Origin: Protoeuglena noctilucae
Lineage: Eukaryota
Assembly (NCBI GenBank): GCA_958009085.1
Contig: OY253684.1
Location: 744,001 to 808,000, forward strand
DNA: 64,000 bases
Direction: 5' to 3'
Shown: one piece after another, positions 43,385 to 55,067 of the stretch
Layout of the letters: every line of letters begins with the position of its first letter
Position numbering within the stretch: the stretch's first letter is position 1
Notes under the pieces: model-generated
What the model was told of the DNA's origin: nothing
The model's database searches: none
The model's input: the letters and a program-made list of their open reading frames with translations, nothing else
Translations under genes and position numbers: made by a program

Positions 43385-46300
43385 TCACTCCCCCCCCTCT
43401 TCCATCTCCGCGTCCTGGATGGCCAACTGCTCCAGCAACTCCTCCAGCGGCACCTCAGGCACCTCGTCGTCTGCAGATGTAAGCATACACGCATTCTGAC
43501 TTCATCGATGATAGTGATGCTGTAGCTGGTGAAAATCATAGCATGATGATCAAGCAGTTCCTACAAAAACACCCTCCCACACCTACCCTTGCCCCAACCA
43601 ACCACTACCACCATGCACCCCCACCCACGCATCCTCACTCCCCCCCCCTCACCGGACTCGCCCCCACCCGCCCCCGCCCCCTTTGCCGCCCCCGTCCCCC
43701 CCTCTGCATCCCGGTACAGGTTGACGTGTTTGCGCAGCTCTGGGTCCTCCTCCAGTTCCTCCAGGAAGCGCTCCCGGTCGCGCTCCCTCTGCTCCGCCAG
43801 CTCCTGCGGAAGGGTGGCGGTGTAGGGGGCGGTGGTATGGGTAGCAGGGAGGGTGGCAGTGGGGGAGGTGATATGGGTGGCAATGGGGGTGGTGAAATGA
43901 ATGGCAGTGAGGGTGGGAATGACGATAGCAGTGAGGTCATCAGCAAGGGTAGCAGCAACCACACCCTGCCCTTCTACCACCATCCCCTCTACCACCACCA
44001 CCACCACCCCCACCACTCCCTCTCACCTTGGCCTGCCTGGCAGACACCCCCTCCTCCCCCTCCTCCATCGCCAGCTGCCGCAGCTTCCACGCCCGCCGGT
44101 GCCCCGCCTCCCTCCTCTTCCTGCGCTTCTCCTGGTAACTCTTGCGCACCAGCACGATGTCCGGCAGGGACGTCCCCGCGTGTGCGTATTCCTCGAAATC
44201 GCCGTCGTTGACCATGTGGGCCAGGTCGTAACCCAGCACTGCGGGTGAATGAAGGGGGGGTTGAGGGTGCTTACTCTGTCATTCATTCACTCCCTCCCTC
44301 CCTCACTCACTCGCTCACTCACTCACTCACTCTCACTCATTTCCCTCCCATTCACTGCCTCTTTCACTCTCTAACTCACTCACACACCCCCTCCCCCACT
44401 CACCCGTGTCCCCCGCCTTCAGTATGTTGCCCAAGTGACTCCCGACTACATCCATATCACGTACAAACCCACTCACCCGTGTCCCCCGCCTTCAGTATGT
44501 TGCCCAAGTGACTCCTGACCACATCCATATCACGTACACACCCACTCACCCGTGTCCCCCGCCTTCAGTATGTTGCCCAAGTGACTCCTGACCACATACG
44601 TGTCGTTGTTCTGCCCCAAATCCGCCGCCCTCGCCACCTCCACATCCACCAGCTCATGCTTGCCCGCCCTCACCCCCGTCCCCTCCACATCCAAAACCAC
44701 GAACTCTGACAGCTGACGGGAGGTCATGAGGGGGCGGAAACCCCAACGCCTGTTAGGGTGGGGGCGAGGGTGGTGGTGAGTGGTGGCTGTTGAGGTAAGG
44801 GTTGTGAGGGGTGAGGGCAGCGGGATGGGTGCCGTGTTAACACAAAGCCAGTACTAACACATACGTGCTTTAACACATCAACATGCTCTGCGTGTCTCAG
44901 CCCTCACCAACACTGCTCTGCATCTCTCATCTCCCCTGCATATATCCCATCCCTCACCAGTACTGCTCCGCGTTGAGCTGCGTGGCCTGCAGCGTGGCGG
45001 GGCACAGCAGCGTCAGCACGTTCGTGACCCGCGTGCACAGCACGATCGGCCCCACGCCCCCCGACGCCTGGAAGAGCTTCCTGGGCAGGCAGATGAGGTC
45101 GTCCTTGCAGATGGGGACCATCTCCACGCTAAACGTGTACTGCGGGGGCGTTGGGGGATTGGGAAGAGTGAATAGGGATGTGATTATGATGACGTGTACC
45201 GTGCTTGTTGGAGCGTCATGGCAACAGGGATCCTGGTGGATGCATGGGCCGGGGGCGTGCAGTGCCATGGATGTCGTCATGCCACGCACTGCACTATTGC
45301 CACTGAAACTCGCATGCAATCGCATCCCCCATCCTCGCCTTGTAGTTGTGGGTGCTCTCGTGGATGTTGTGCGACATATATACAGCATCAGCATCAACAA
45401 CAGCAAATAACGATAGCACCCCCCATCCTCGCCTTGTAGTTGTAGGTGCTCTCGTGGATGTTGTGCGACACCAACTGCTTGTCGTGGCGGAAGCGCACGG
45501 GCACCACGTTCTGAAGGAAGTCGATGAGCTTGACGGCGTGGGAGCGATTGGAGAAGTAGAAATCCAAACCCTCGTGCTTGCTCTTGATGCTGCAGTGGTG
45601 GGGAGGGGGGTGTGGGATGCTATGTGATGTGGGTTGACATTCTGCCCTCTTGCTTGCTCTTGATGCTGCGGTGGTGGGGAGGGGGGTGTGGGACATAGGT
45701 CATGTGGGGTAGCATTCTGCCCTCGTGCTTGCTCTTGATTCTGCGGATTAACGCGGGAGTGGGGCGGAGTGCAATGTGAGACATGAGTGGGATGTAAGGT
45801 ATTCATCATCAGCGGTCCACGCCACACACGGCCCCATGCGTGTTTACCCACGCGACTCTCGTCACTACTGACTACTGATGAATGCTAACGATAACTAGTC
45901 ATCCATAGCCATTCTCGCCTGATGCAGTTCTCGTCTGCGTTGTGCTTGAGGATGAGCTGCTCCAGGTAGAAGAAGGTGCGCTTGTGCTCCACGTGCTGCC
46001 TGCGATGCGAGATGGGATGCGGGATACGGGTGAAGGCATGTATGGGGGATGTGGAGCAAGCGGGGCAGGCGTATTGATAAGCATGGCTGTCCCTCAGCTG
46101 CACAGACTACATGCCCATCATTGCCCCTCACCTCAGCTGCACTGACTGTTCCCTCGCTGTAATGTCCATAGTCACCCCTCAATCGCCCCTCACCTGAGCT
46201 GCACGGACGCCTTCCACGCCTCCCGGTTGGTGTTGGCGCGGTTGCAGTCCCCGCACATGTTGCTCTCGACCACGAACTCGGTCACGAACTGCTGCTGGAG

Positions 46301-47341
46301 GATCGCCCCGTTGAACACCTGCTGCTGCACTGTGCACTTGACCTTGATGCGGCGGCTGTGGGGCTGCGGGCGGACGGAGAGGCGAGGCGAAGTAAGTGAT
46401 GCTGTAACGAAGTCTACGGTCATTGTCTCACGTTACTTGTTCACCAGCACTCTTAGTCTATCGCCACTGTCACAGCGTCACCCCCTTTCATTTCAGCACT
46501 CTTATATCGCACTCCCACCCATCATCGCTCACCTCCGTCCACACGAACCCCGCGTCCGTCAGCTGCACGTTCTTCATCTTGGGCTTCAGCTTGCTCAGAC
46601 ACAGCTGCAGCAGCTCCTTGCTCTCCAACCCCGCCGTCACCTGCGTTGCCAAGGGGGGACGCGAGTCGGTGATCGCAAACTGTGGCAAGTGACTAGTGGG
46701 CGAGGGGCCATGCAGCAATGCCATCGGAACGGTGCAACTTGGACAGCGATTCCATCAGTAATGCGTGAATGCAGCCACAGTGTATCGGCAGAGGGCGCGT
46801 GCCTAACACGTGCACACGAGGGCCCTCACCCAGTGCTTGGGGGGCTGGAGGTAGCGCCCGCACTGCTGGCACCAGATGATGCTGGCGTTGCGCGGGATGC
46901 CGTCCGTGATGTCCACTTGAGAGCGGATGCAGTTGACGCACATGTTGGACGGGTTGGGCTGCATTGGCACGCCGCACAGGCAGCACAGGCTGCAGGAGGA
47001 AGGGAGCGCGTGGCTCGAGGGGAATCCGCGGCGTGGCCATCGGATGTGATGGCACATGCGATAATCTACGTCGCGGTGGCACGCGAGGCGCCCGGAAGAG
47101 CGCGGCGCGGCGCGGCGCGGGCGCAGAGGGCCGGCGCGTCTCAACCGCTCGAGAAGCCGACACGCGAGGGCGGCGGCAGGCGTCGCGCACGTGTCGATGA
47201 GTACATTGGACGCAAACGGCCACGAGGGTAGGCACCGCGGTCCTCGGCGCGCGGGGCCGCCACTCACACAGTGGCCATCGTCTGCTGCGGGACGAACGTC
47301 CCCGGCGCCGCGCCCGGGACGCCGTGAAAGGCGCCCTCCAT
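43385..47341 (-). CDS. NMD3: 60S ribosomal export adaptor NMD3, multi-exon
   Basis: FVPQQTMATV|LCCLCGVPMQPNPSNMCVNCIRSQVDIT, AGFVWTE|PHSRRIKVK, QHVEHKRTFFYLEQLILKH, YNYK|YTFSVEMVPICKDDL, FLEELEEDPELR, VPLEELLE. Confidence 0.95.
44395..44600. repeat. 73-bp tandem repeat (three copies) of an NMD3 exon end plus donor site
   Basis: cccactcacccgtgtcccccgccttcagtatgttgcccaagtgactc recurs near 44395, 44468 and 44541. Confidence 0.9.
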
Positions 47342-48229
47342 GACTGTATCCCCCTGCGCGTGTACTGGGGTGATAAACCCCCCTCCGCGGCCCCTGTGCG
47401 GCCCGGCGCTTTGCGTGCCGGCTCGCGAACCCTAACGGGCCTCTCGCGCGCCACGTCGATGAACCTGGGCCCCGTGCAAACGCCCGCCAGACCCTCGGAT
47501 GAATCCAGCGGCGGTGTTCTATGCTTTCGGTCGCAAAAGGACCGAGATAGTCTCAGGCGAGGAAGGTGTCGAAACTAAGAGGCGGGGACGAACGCCAAGT
47601 TCTACCGGGAGCCCAATCTTGCGAAGCGTTCGTGCCGGAAGCGCGGAGGACGCGCGCCAGGTGACCCAGGTTTAGTGCGTCAGAAACTTCTCGCTCTCCA
47701 CGGGCAGTTTTCGCGCTCGTGAAGTCGCGGCTAGGCGCATATGCGATGTCGCTTGCGTCAGAGCGCTCGTCTTTGGGCCCCAGCCCATCTTGTGCCTCCC
47801 AGCCCGGTGCGCCGTACCGGGGCGCGCGATTGACCTCCCAGGCGAGTTCCATGGCAGGTTTGAGTTTCTGAAAAACGTGAGGATCCTCGCCGATGGTCAG
47901 AACCCCCGGCGGAGGACGCTATGGGCGGGGGCGCAGCGCAAATAACAACGGGGTTTCCTTTGGCCTCTCCGAAGCGACCGCTCGTCTTCCTGGCCGTTCG
48001 CCATCCAGTATTGCATCTGAGTATGAAAGACTCCTTGTCGCGAAGGGCTGGGCCGACGCGGCTGCGCCATATCACACCAAAGGCCACCGCAGCGTCTCGC
48101 ATGCGCCGATTGATGCATAGTCTCCCGCCCCTCGTCCGCCACCGCAGGCAGACTCCCTGACTGAGGAGGCATTGCATCACTTAGCCCATTGGGGCCGGTC
48201 GAGCTCTCGAGGAGCGTGCACGATTCGCC

Positions 48230-51200
48230 ATGCCCACCCCCGGCTCGCCGAGGCCAGCCCTCGGGCCCCTTTCTCTCAACGCCGATGCCGACGCCGGGGC
48301 GCTGAGGTACATTTCGCTGCTATCCTGCTTCCGCCGCGAAACTCCGCTCACCCTCACTTCCAATCACGCGCTTGAACCAACCGCCCGCTGCGCCCCCGCA
48401 GCCCATCGCCCCGCAAGTCCCCGACGCGCCGCGCGGACGGCATCTTCGACCGCGTCGCGGAAGGCGGCGAGAACAGCCCGCACCTCCGCCTGGGCACCCC
48501 CGCGTCGCCCGCCCAGTCCGTGTCGCTGGCCCCACCTGATGTCGACTCGCCATCGCTCCTGCTCCAAGGCCCCTCAACCCGCAAGGACGCCCCCCCGACG
48601 CCGACGCTCTTCGGCCCCGCCTTCACCGCCCGCCGCGCCCCGCCCTGCCCCCCTTCCCGGAGCCCTGCCTTTGATGCGTCAGAGCGCGCGTTTCGGGCGG
48701 CCAAGGCAGCGGCAGAGGCGGCCCTGGAGCCCAGCAGCGGGTCATCGGCCCGCAGCCGCTCCTGGGGCCGCAGGGCCGCTTGGGACAACGACGGCGGGGC
48801 CTCTCCCTCCGGTGAGATGACCAGAGCACCATGCCTGTTGCTCACATCACCCCTTACTGCGGCACTGAGTCACCTATCCACGACCCCACCTGTGTGCCCC
48901 CCGCTGCACCCGGTACCACCCAACGCATCCTGTGCCCCTCTCTCCACCCCGCAGTTTCTTTTGGCAGCGTAGTGGCCCCTGCCCGAGGATCCCCCACCGC
49001 GCAAGAGACCGACACGGCCACCTCTGCCCCCTACGCCCAAGCCCAGGCCCAGGCATCCGCACCGACCCTGCGATTGTCGCCGCTGACCCTCGTCCGTTCC
49101 CTCCAACAGGCGTGCTCGCCGCGACCGGGCCTCGCCAAGTGAGCACTGCTGCTGCTGTGCAACTCGTATGCACCACAGAGCTCGTATGCAACACCACCCA
49201 GCCCCCTCGCCACTGCCTCGCCATTTCTGCGATTCCTCTGTGTGGCTCATACGGTCCCAGCAACCCTCAACCTCCCCCGCTTGGCCGCAGTGCCTCCACG
49301 GTTGCCCCCCCAATGGCGGCCCCCCCCGCCGGCCCTTACGACATCCACCAGGACGCCGCCACCCCTGGCCCCTCCCGCCTGGGGACCCAGCCGGCGTCCG
49401 TGTCGAGCCCCGCGAGCCCAGCGGTCGTCATCCCTGCCCTGAGGCGAGTGCACAGTGGTCGCACGGCCTCAACGTAAGCCCCTCCCTCCTCTGCGCAACA
49501 GCACATTCTGTACAATTGTCATAAACATATGTGCGCCATCCCTTCATAGCCTCGCTCTTCCCACCACTGTACCGTCCGCAGCCCCGCCCTGGCCCTCGTC
49601 ACCGCCGCCACCGGGCCCAGGCACGGCCCCCCCCGGACGCCCGCCTCCATCCAGCGCGGCAACAGCGGGGCCAGTCCCTTCGCGGAGCCCGCCATCCGCG
49701 TCAGGACGCCAGCCCAGGCGCGGCAGGTGAGGACTGGGAGGGATGGCGACTGTGACATGAGATGGGCTGAGATGGGCTGCTGTGGAATACACAAACACTG
49801 GGATTGATGTGTACGTGTGGATATGAGAGAACAATCAGCCAGAGAGCTGGCTGACTGCCCTGCCACGGGCCCATGACACGGCAAGTGGCAAGGAAGATAA
49901 GGGGCTTGCAACAAGACACCCCACCCGCCCCCTCCGCAGGCGAAGCTGCCACCCAACCTGGCCAACCTGGCCCCCGCCCTGCGCTTCCTGGCCCACTACG
50001 ACTCCCCGGGCGGCGCGCCGCGCCCCGCCCCCGGCGCCCCAGCGCACACCAACAGGCGGTCGTCACGCAAGGAGCGCCACGGCCGCACCCGGCACCGCAC
50101 CTCTGCTCAGAAAGCACCGACAACTGCAACGGAGACGCTGACTGACGACAACAAACAACCCAAGCGCAGCTCGCCCACTGGGGACCAGGCCAGGCACCCG
50201 GCCACCTCGCCGGTGGCCCCCACGCCCCCCGCGACGTTCGCTGCGGCGGCGGTGGCGGCGGTGCCAGAAGCACCTGCACCCCGGCGCTCGGTGTTCAAAG
50301 AACGATCTCCGACCGGATCCGCGGGGTCCCAGGGCACCAAGTCTCAGGACTCTGGGGCTGCGTGCGGTGATGCGGCACATGACACGGCCACGAGCACGCC
50401 CCGGGTGCACCCTACCCAGGGCTACGCCGGCCTGCTGGTGCGGGGAGAGGTCAGCCCCACGTCCGGGGCGGTGGGGCTTTCGTGGCCGCAGCTGGGTGCG
50501 GGGTGCGAGGAGGGGGGCTCGGGTGCAGGGACGCGGTCTTTGCTGTCTTCGGCATCGGCGGGCCGGTCGGATCGCACGGGCAGCGTCGCTGGCACTCCCA
50601 GGGTGAGGATGGAATGTGGCTGGGGAAGGGTGGGATGTGGGGAGAGGCAGCGGGAGTGACACTAACCAGGATAGTGGTACTGTCACCTCTGTTTCTCTGT
50701 ATTCGCAACCACATGCGTCATGGCCACCTCTCTCCCATTCACAGCTATGCTCAATTGCCTGCCCTCGCAGTTGGGCCCGGTCAATGTCGACATTGGCAGC
50801 GCGTCCCGGTTCGGGTGCGACAGCTCTTCGGACGCCGGGCCGGACGGGGAGCCCGACACTCTGCTCCACGATGCCGAGCCCCTGCGGTGCGTCCTGAGCT
50901 ACATCAATGTATCACATCGCGTGCCAAGTCACTGATAAGCAGACCATGCCACCCTCACGTCGCACGCTCGCTCCACGCTCTGCAGGCTGGGTCTGGAGGA
51001 CTTTGGCAGCAGCAGCCCCGCCACGCCTCGGGCTAAGGGTGGCGAGGGGCGTGAGGGTGCGCCCGCCCCGCCCCGCACCCCGGCTCTGGCGGTGCTGCGC
51101 GTGGAGGGAGGGCCCACGGTAAGATGCATGGGTTGACTGTTGTCATCGTGTTTTCAGAAACTGCGTTCAGTCCTTGCAACCCCATCAATCTAGCTGCTGC

Positions 51201-52852
51201 CAATTTGGCTGTGTACAGGAGATGCCCTTTCATCGGCGTCACATGCCCCTCAACCCCAACTGCCCCTGTCGTGCCCGCAGGCCGCGGCAGATGCGGACGC
51301 GGGGGCAGGCGGTGTGTTTGGCACAGCGGCGGCGATGGCACCCGCGTTCGGTCACGCCAGGGCTGCCCCCGCTGCTGCCGAGGGCTCAGCGCACACCCAG
51401 GGCGGCCAGGGCGACGCGGCTGAGGACGCCGCTGACGCTGACTCTGACGCCGACTCTGACGCGGGTTCTGACATCGTCACAGACGTCTCGTCTGTCGGCG
51501 ACAGCACCCCGGGCGACGATGTGGTCGACGATCTGACCCATGATCTGGGCGACGAGGCCCATACCCCCACGCAACGCCACGACCAGCCGGCCACCATCAC
51601 TGGCCCGGCCACAAGCGGTGGCCCCGGCTGTGCCTGGGCCCCGTCGCCCACCGCCGTCGTCACCACCATCAACCCCCTCTTCCGCCCCGACTCCCTCTCT
51701 GGGTCACCGTCCGACTCCGCCCAGCCGACATCGCCGTCCCTCACATGCACGGCCACGGGCCCTCACCACCGCCCCGCGTCGCCCAGCTCCCCTCTGCGCC
51801 CCGCCAGCCCCGGCGTTTCTGACGCTACCACAGACGCCCCCGCTGCCACCCTCACCTACCCCGCACCGGGCCTCGCGCCCCCGCGCTCCCCCGGCCCCTC
51901 CCTCGCGGCCTTCTCCGCCTCCAAAGCCACCCGCGTGCCCAGCGCCGCTCCCGCGCCGCACCCGCGGCTGGCCAGGGAGGCGATGGAATGCGAGGCGGCA
52001 GCGGAGGCGGCGTTCGGGGCTGGGGCGGTGCGCGACGGTGGCTCTGTGGTGGCCCTGTCGCCCGTACGCGCACCCCGGGGGTTGCTACTGCCCGGCGAGG
52101 ACGGTGCCGATGCAGCGGGCGTCGATGGCAACGGTGCCGACGTGACATGCGTCGATGCTACGTGTGCCGAAGTCACAGACGGGTCTCCAGTGCAATGCCC
52201 GCCGCCAGCGCGCACCCCTCGCCGCGCGCCACGCAGCGACGTGGTGTCTCCCGTGCGCCGCACGGCGAGGCGCACCCCCTCGCGTCCGACGGTGGGCGAC
52301 GCTCACGAGGCCCTGCAGGGTTGCGGGTACGCATACCTGCCCAACCGGGCGCTGTTTGGCACCGAAGAGGGTGCAGAGGGGCGCATGGAGGACCTGGCTA
52401 AGGACCAGGAGGGGCCTGGGATGGCAGAGGGCGTGACGGTGGATGCGGCGGGCGCCGACGGCGGTGGTGCGGACGCCGAGGCTGTGCCCGCGGCTCACGA
52501 GGAGGGTGCCGCGGGGAGCAAGCAGTCCCAGCGCAAGCGGTCGCAGCGCTCGCGGCGGCAGCGGCGGGCCAAGGGAGGCACGGAGGCCCAGGGTGGTGCG
52601 GCATGCACAGCTGAGGGGGGCAATGAGGGTGGCGCTGCGGAGGGAGTGGAATCGCCAATGGTGGCTGGGCCGGGGAGCGGCGCGGGGGCGGTGGACGCGG
52701 GGAGCAGTCCGAGCCCGGACCAGCTGGTGGTGGGGAAGAAGGCAAAGCGTGGCGGGGAGGGCAGCGACAAGGCGGGTGCGGGCGGGGAGGGGCGCGGGGC
52801 TGTGAGGAGGTCGCAGCGGCTGCGGGAGAAGGCCCAGCGGGACGGGCAGTGA
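48230..52852 (+). CDS. Low-complexity Pro/Ser/Ala-rich multi-exon protein of unknown function
   Basis: Long terminal open frame (about 51281-52852) ending AVRRSQRLREK; upstream open segments are flanked by GT/AG sites. No domain recognised. Confidence 0.5.
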
Positions 52853-53301
52853 GGTGGATGGGGCTTTTATTGGGGAAGAGAAAGAGGGGTGGTGAGATGG
52901 AGATGGGTGGAGGAGAGTGCGCGATAGGACATGGCATGGGGAGGTGGAGGGTTGTGGCTTGTGCCCTTTTCATTGGTAATCGCTTAGCAGACCTCGCTTG
53001 GGGCTCGTGGGGCCCGCTCCTGGACGCGCTAGGGTGGCATCAAGCACATAGCGCGGCGTAACAAGCGGGCTCTCAGTTCTTTCCAAACGATGTGAACCGT
53101 GTCGATATTTCAAACTCTGCCTCGCTGCTTCTGACTGGTACCAACATGTGCCAAGTGCCTGTTTGCATGTGATACACGGTCAGATTCGGATGTCGATGCC
53201 CGGTGCCTCCGTACGCATTACAAGAGGTAGAACCACCAGTCATAAATTGCAACCAGACTAACAAGGACCAAAACCCATCGATCCTGGGATCTCTGCCTGC
53301 G

Positions 53302-54863
53302 TCATCCGGGTATCCACAGGTCCATGTCTGCCACGGGCGTGTTGATGATGTGCGCGTCAATGTCCTCAAATGGGACGAAGCAGAACGCTGAGGTCTTCTG
53401 CAGGGATGACGGGCATGGGGTGAGGGTGAGGGTGAGGGTGAGGGGGAGGGGGAGGGGGAGGGTGGAGGGGAGCGTTGCGAATATGAGAGAGGAAACAAGG
53501 TCGCCTAACCAACCAGCATGTCATCCCTCACCCGCTATGCAAAGGTTGACATGCAGTCACAGTCACACTCACTCAGCCACCCCTCACCTGCGCCACCGGC
53601 TCCCCGCTCGCCCCCCCCTCCCCGTCCGGGTCCAACGACAGCGTGTCGGCCATCTCCGTCCCCGTGGCCGTCCTCTTGTCAAACGTCACAATCGACTCCA
53701 TGTCCAGGCGATTCATGGCGCCGGGGCACGTCGATCGCAGGCGAAGGGACCACCGCACCTCTGTGGTTGGTTGGGTCAATCACGACATCGCAATCAGCGG
53801 GGGTGGTATCAGCCACCTCATAACGTCGGGGCCAGTTGATACAACAGCGAATGGGCCCTGCTCGCCTGTCTCTGAGCACCCGTAATCGAGCTTGACGGCC
53901 ACGCGACCCCCCGACATGCGCCACTGCCCGCAGACCACCTCCCCGTGTGCGGCACTCGCCCCGTCGGCCTTCCGCAGCGTCCGCCAGATGCGGTCGGGCG
54001 CGGATGCGGTCGTCTGCGCGAAGAGGAACGATAACCGTGCTTTCCGCACGCTCAGAGCCAAGCGCATCGCGCCGCAGGTCCTCAATTCGCGGCCAAGTAG
54101 CAGTCATTACTTGCTCTCACCCGGGTGAGGCACGAGCCGTCCGGGTAGAAGCGCACGACTCGGAAGTAGCACGCGAGAACGACCTCCCGCCCGCCGCGGT
54201 GGTTGATGACGCCGGGGCGCAGGTAGTGGTTGCGAGAGACGTAGAGACCCTCGTAGCGAAGACGCAGACGCTCCAGGAACATCAAACGCCTGCGAGCGCG
54301 TCGCGAAATGAAGCTCATGCAATGAACCTTTATTGCGAACGAGAACAGCGCGGGAGTCGCGTCGCGCGCGTCACCAGTTGCCCCGGTACTGGCCCAGGAT
54401 CTTCAGCGTGGTCGACATGGGTTCGCGGCTTGCCCAAGTCTCCAGGCATTGGCTGCGCCACACGTCCGGCGACTTGCTCAGCTCGCGCAGGTGCTTGCAC
54501 GTGCACGCGGCCCGTGCCACGGCGTGCGCGGGGAGCTGCGGCCGAGGTTCGTCGGGTGTGCGCGGCGGTCGCGCGTTGTTTTAGTCACGCCGCCACGCGG
54601 CAAGCAGCGACATGAGCGTTTACAGCCACTCGCCCGGCTGAGGACGAGCCGGATGATCTCATTCGGCAGCGCGAGCAGCGCGCAGTCCGCGTTCACGTCC
54701 TCGCCCTCCTCCTGCGACCCTGGGCGCCGCAACCGGACGCCCAACAACGCATACCATGGCCTGCGAAACGGCGAACGCGTCCCGGCGTCCGGAGCGCCGC
54801 TGAGAGTGGCGAGCGAAAGTGCAGCGCAGCGGAGCACGGCCTCACCTCCACGACGGCAGCCAT
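53302..54863 (-). CDS. F-box protein, FBXO9 / plant FBP7-like
   Basis: F-box LLALPNEIIRLVL; MFLERLRLRYEGLYVSRNHYLRPG...CYFRVVRFYPDG; LRLRSTCPGAMNRLDM; C-terminus FCFVPFEDIDAHIINTPVADMDLWIPG-TGA. Confidence 0.85.
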
Positions 54864-55067
54864 AGCTCCGTCGTCGTCGCGCCCGACGATTGCATTCGTC
54901 TCCGAAACCGACGGCGAGTCTCGCGAAGGCGCGGCAGAGCTCGCGAGGACTAGAAGAGCGCTTTAAGCGTGGCTTGCGGTGCCGCTGGCGGTGTCGGGCC
55001 CTGTCCGCTTCAACCCTTGAGACTCTATGCTTTAAGGATTAATCCATGAGCTTTGCTTATATTTCGC

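Noticed and set aside
44395..44600. Regularly spaced repeats resembling a CRISPR array
   Set aside because: The intervening sequences are also near-identical, the repeat is an NMD3 exon end, the context is eukaryotic, and no cas genes are present.
47350..48220. Possible tRNA or ncRNA in this intergenic region
   Set aside because: I could not recognise a cloverleaf, box motifs or any known RNA signature by eye.
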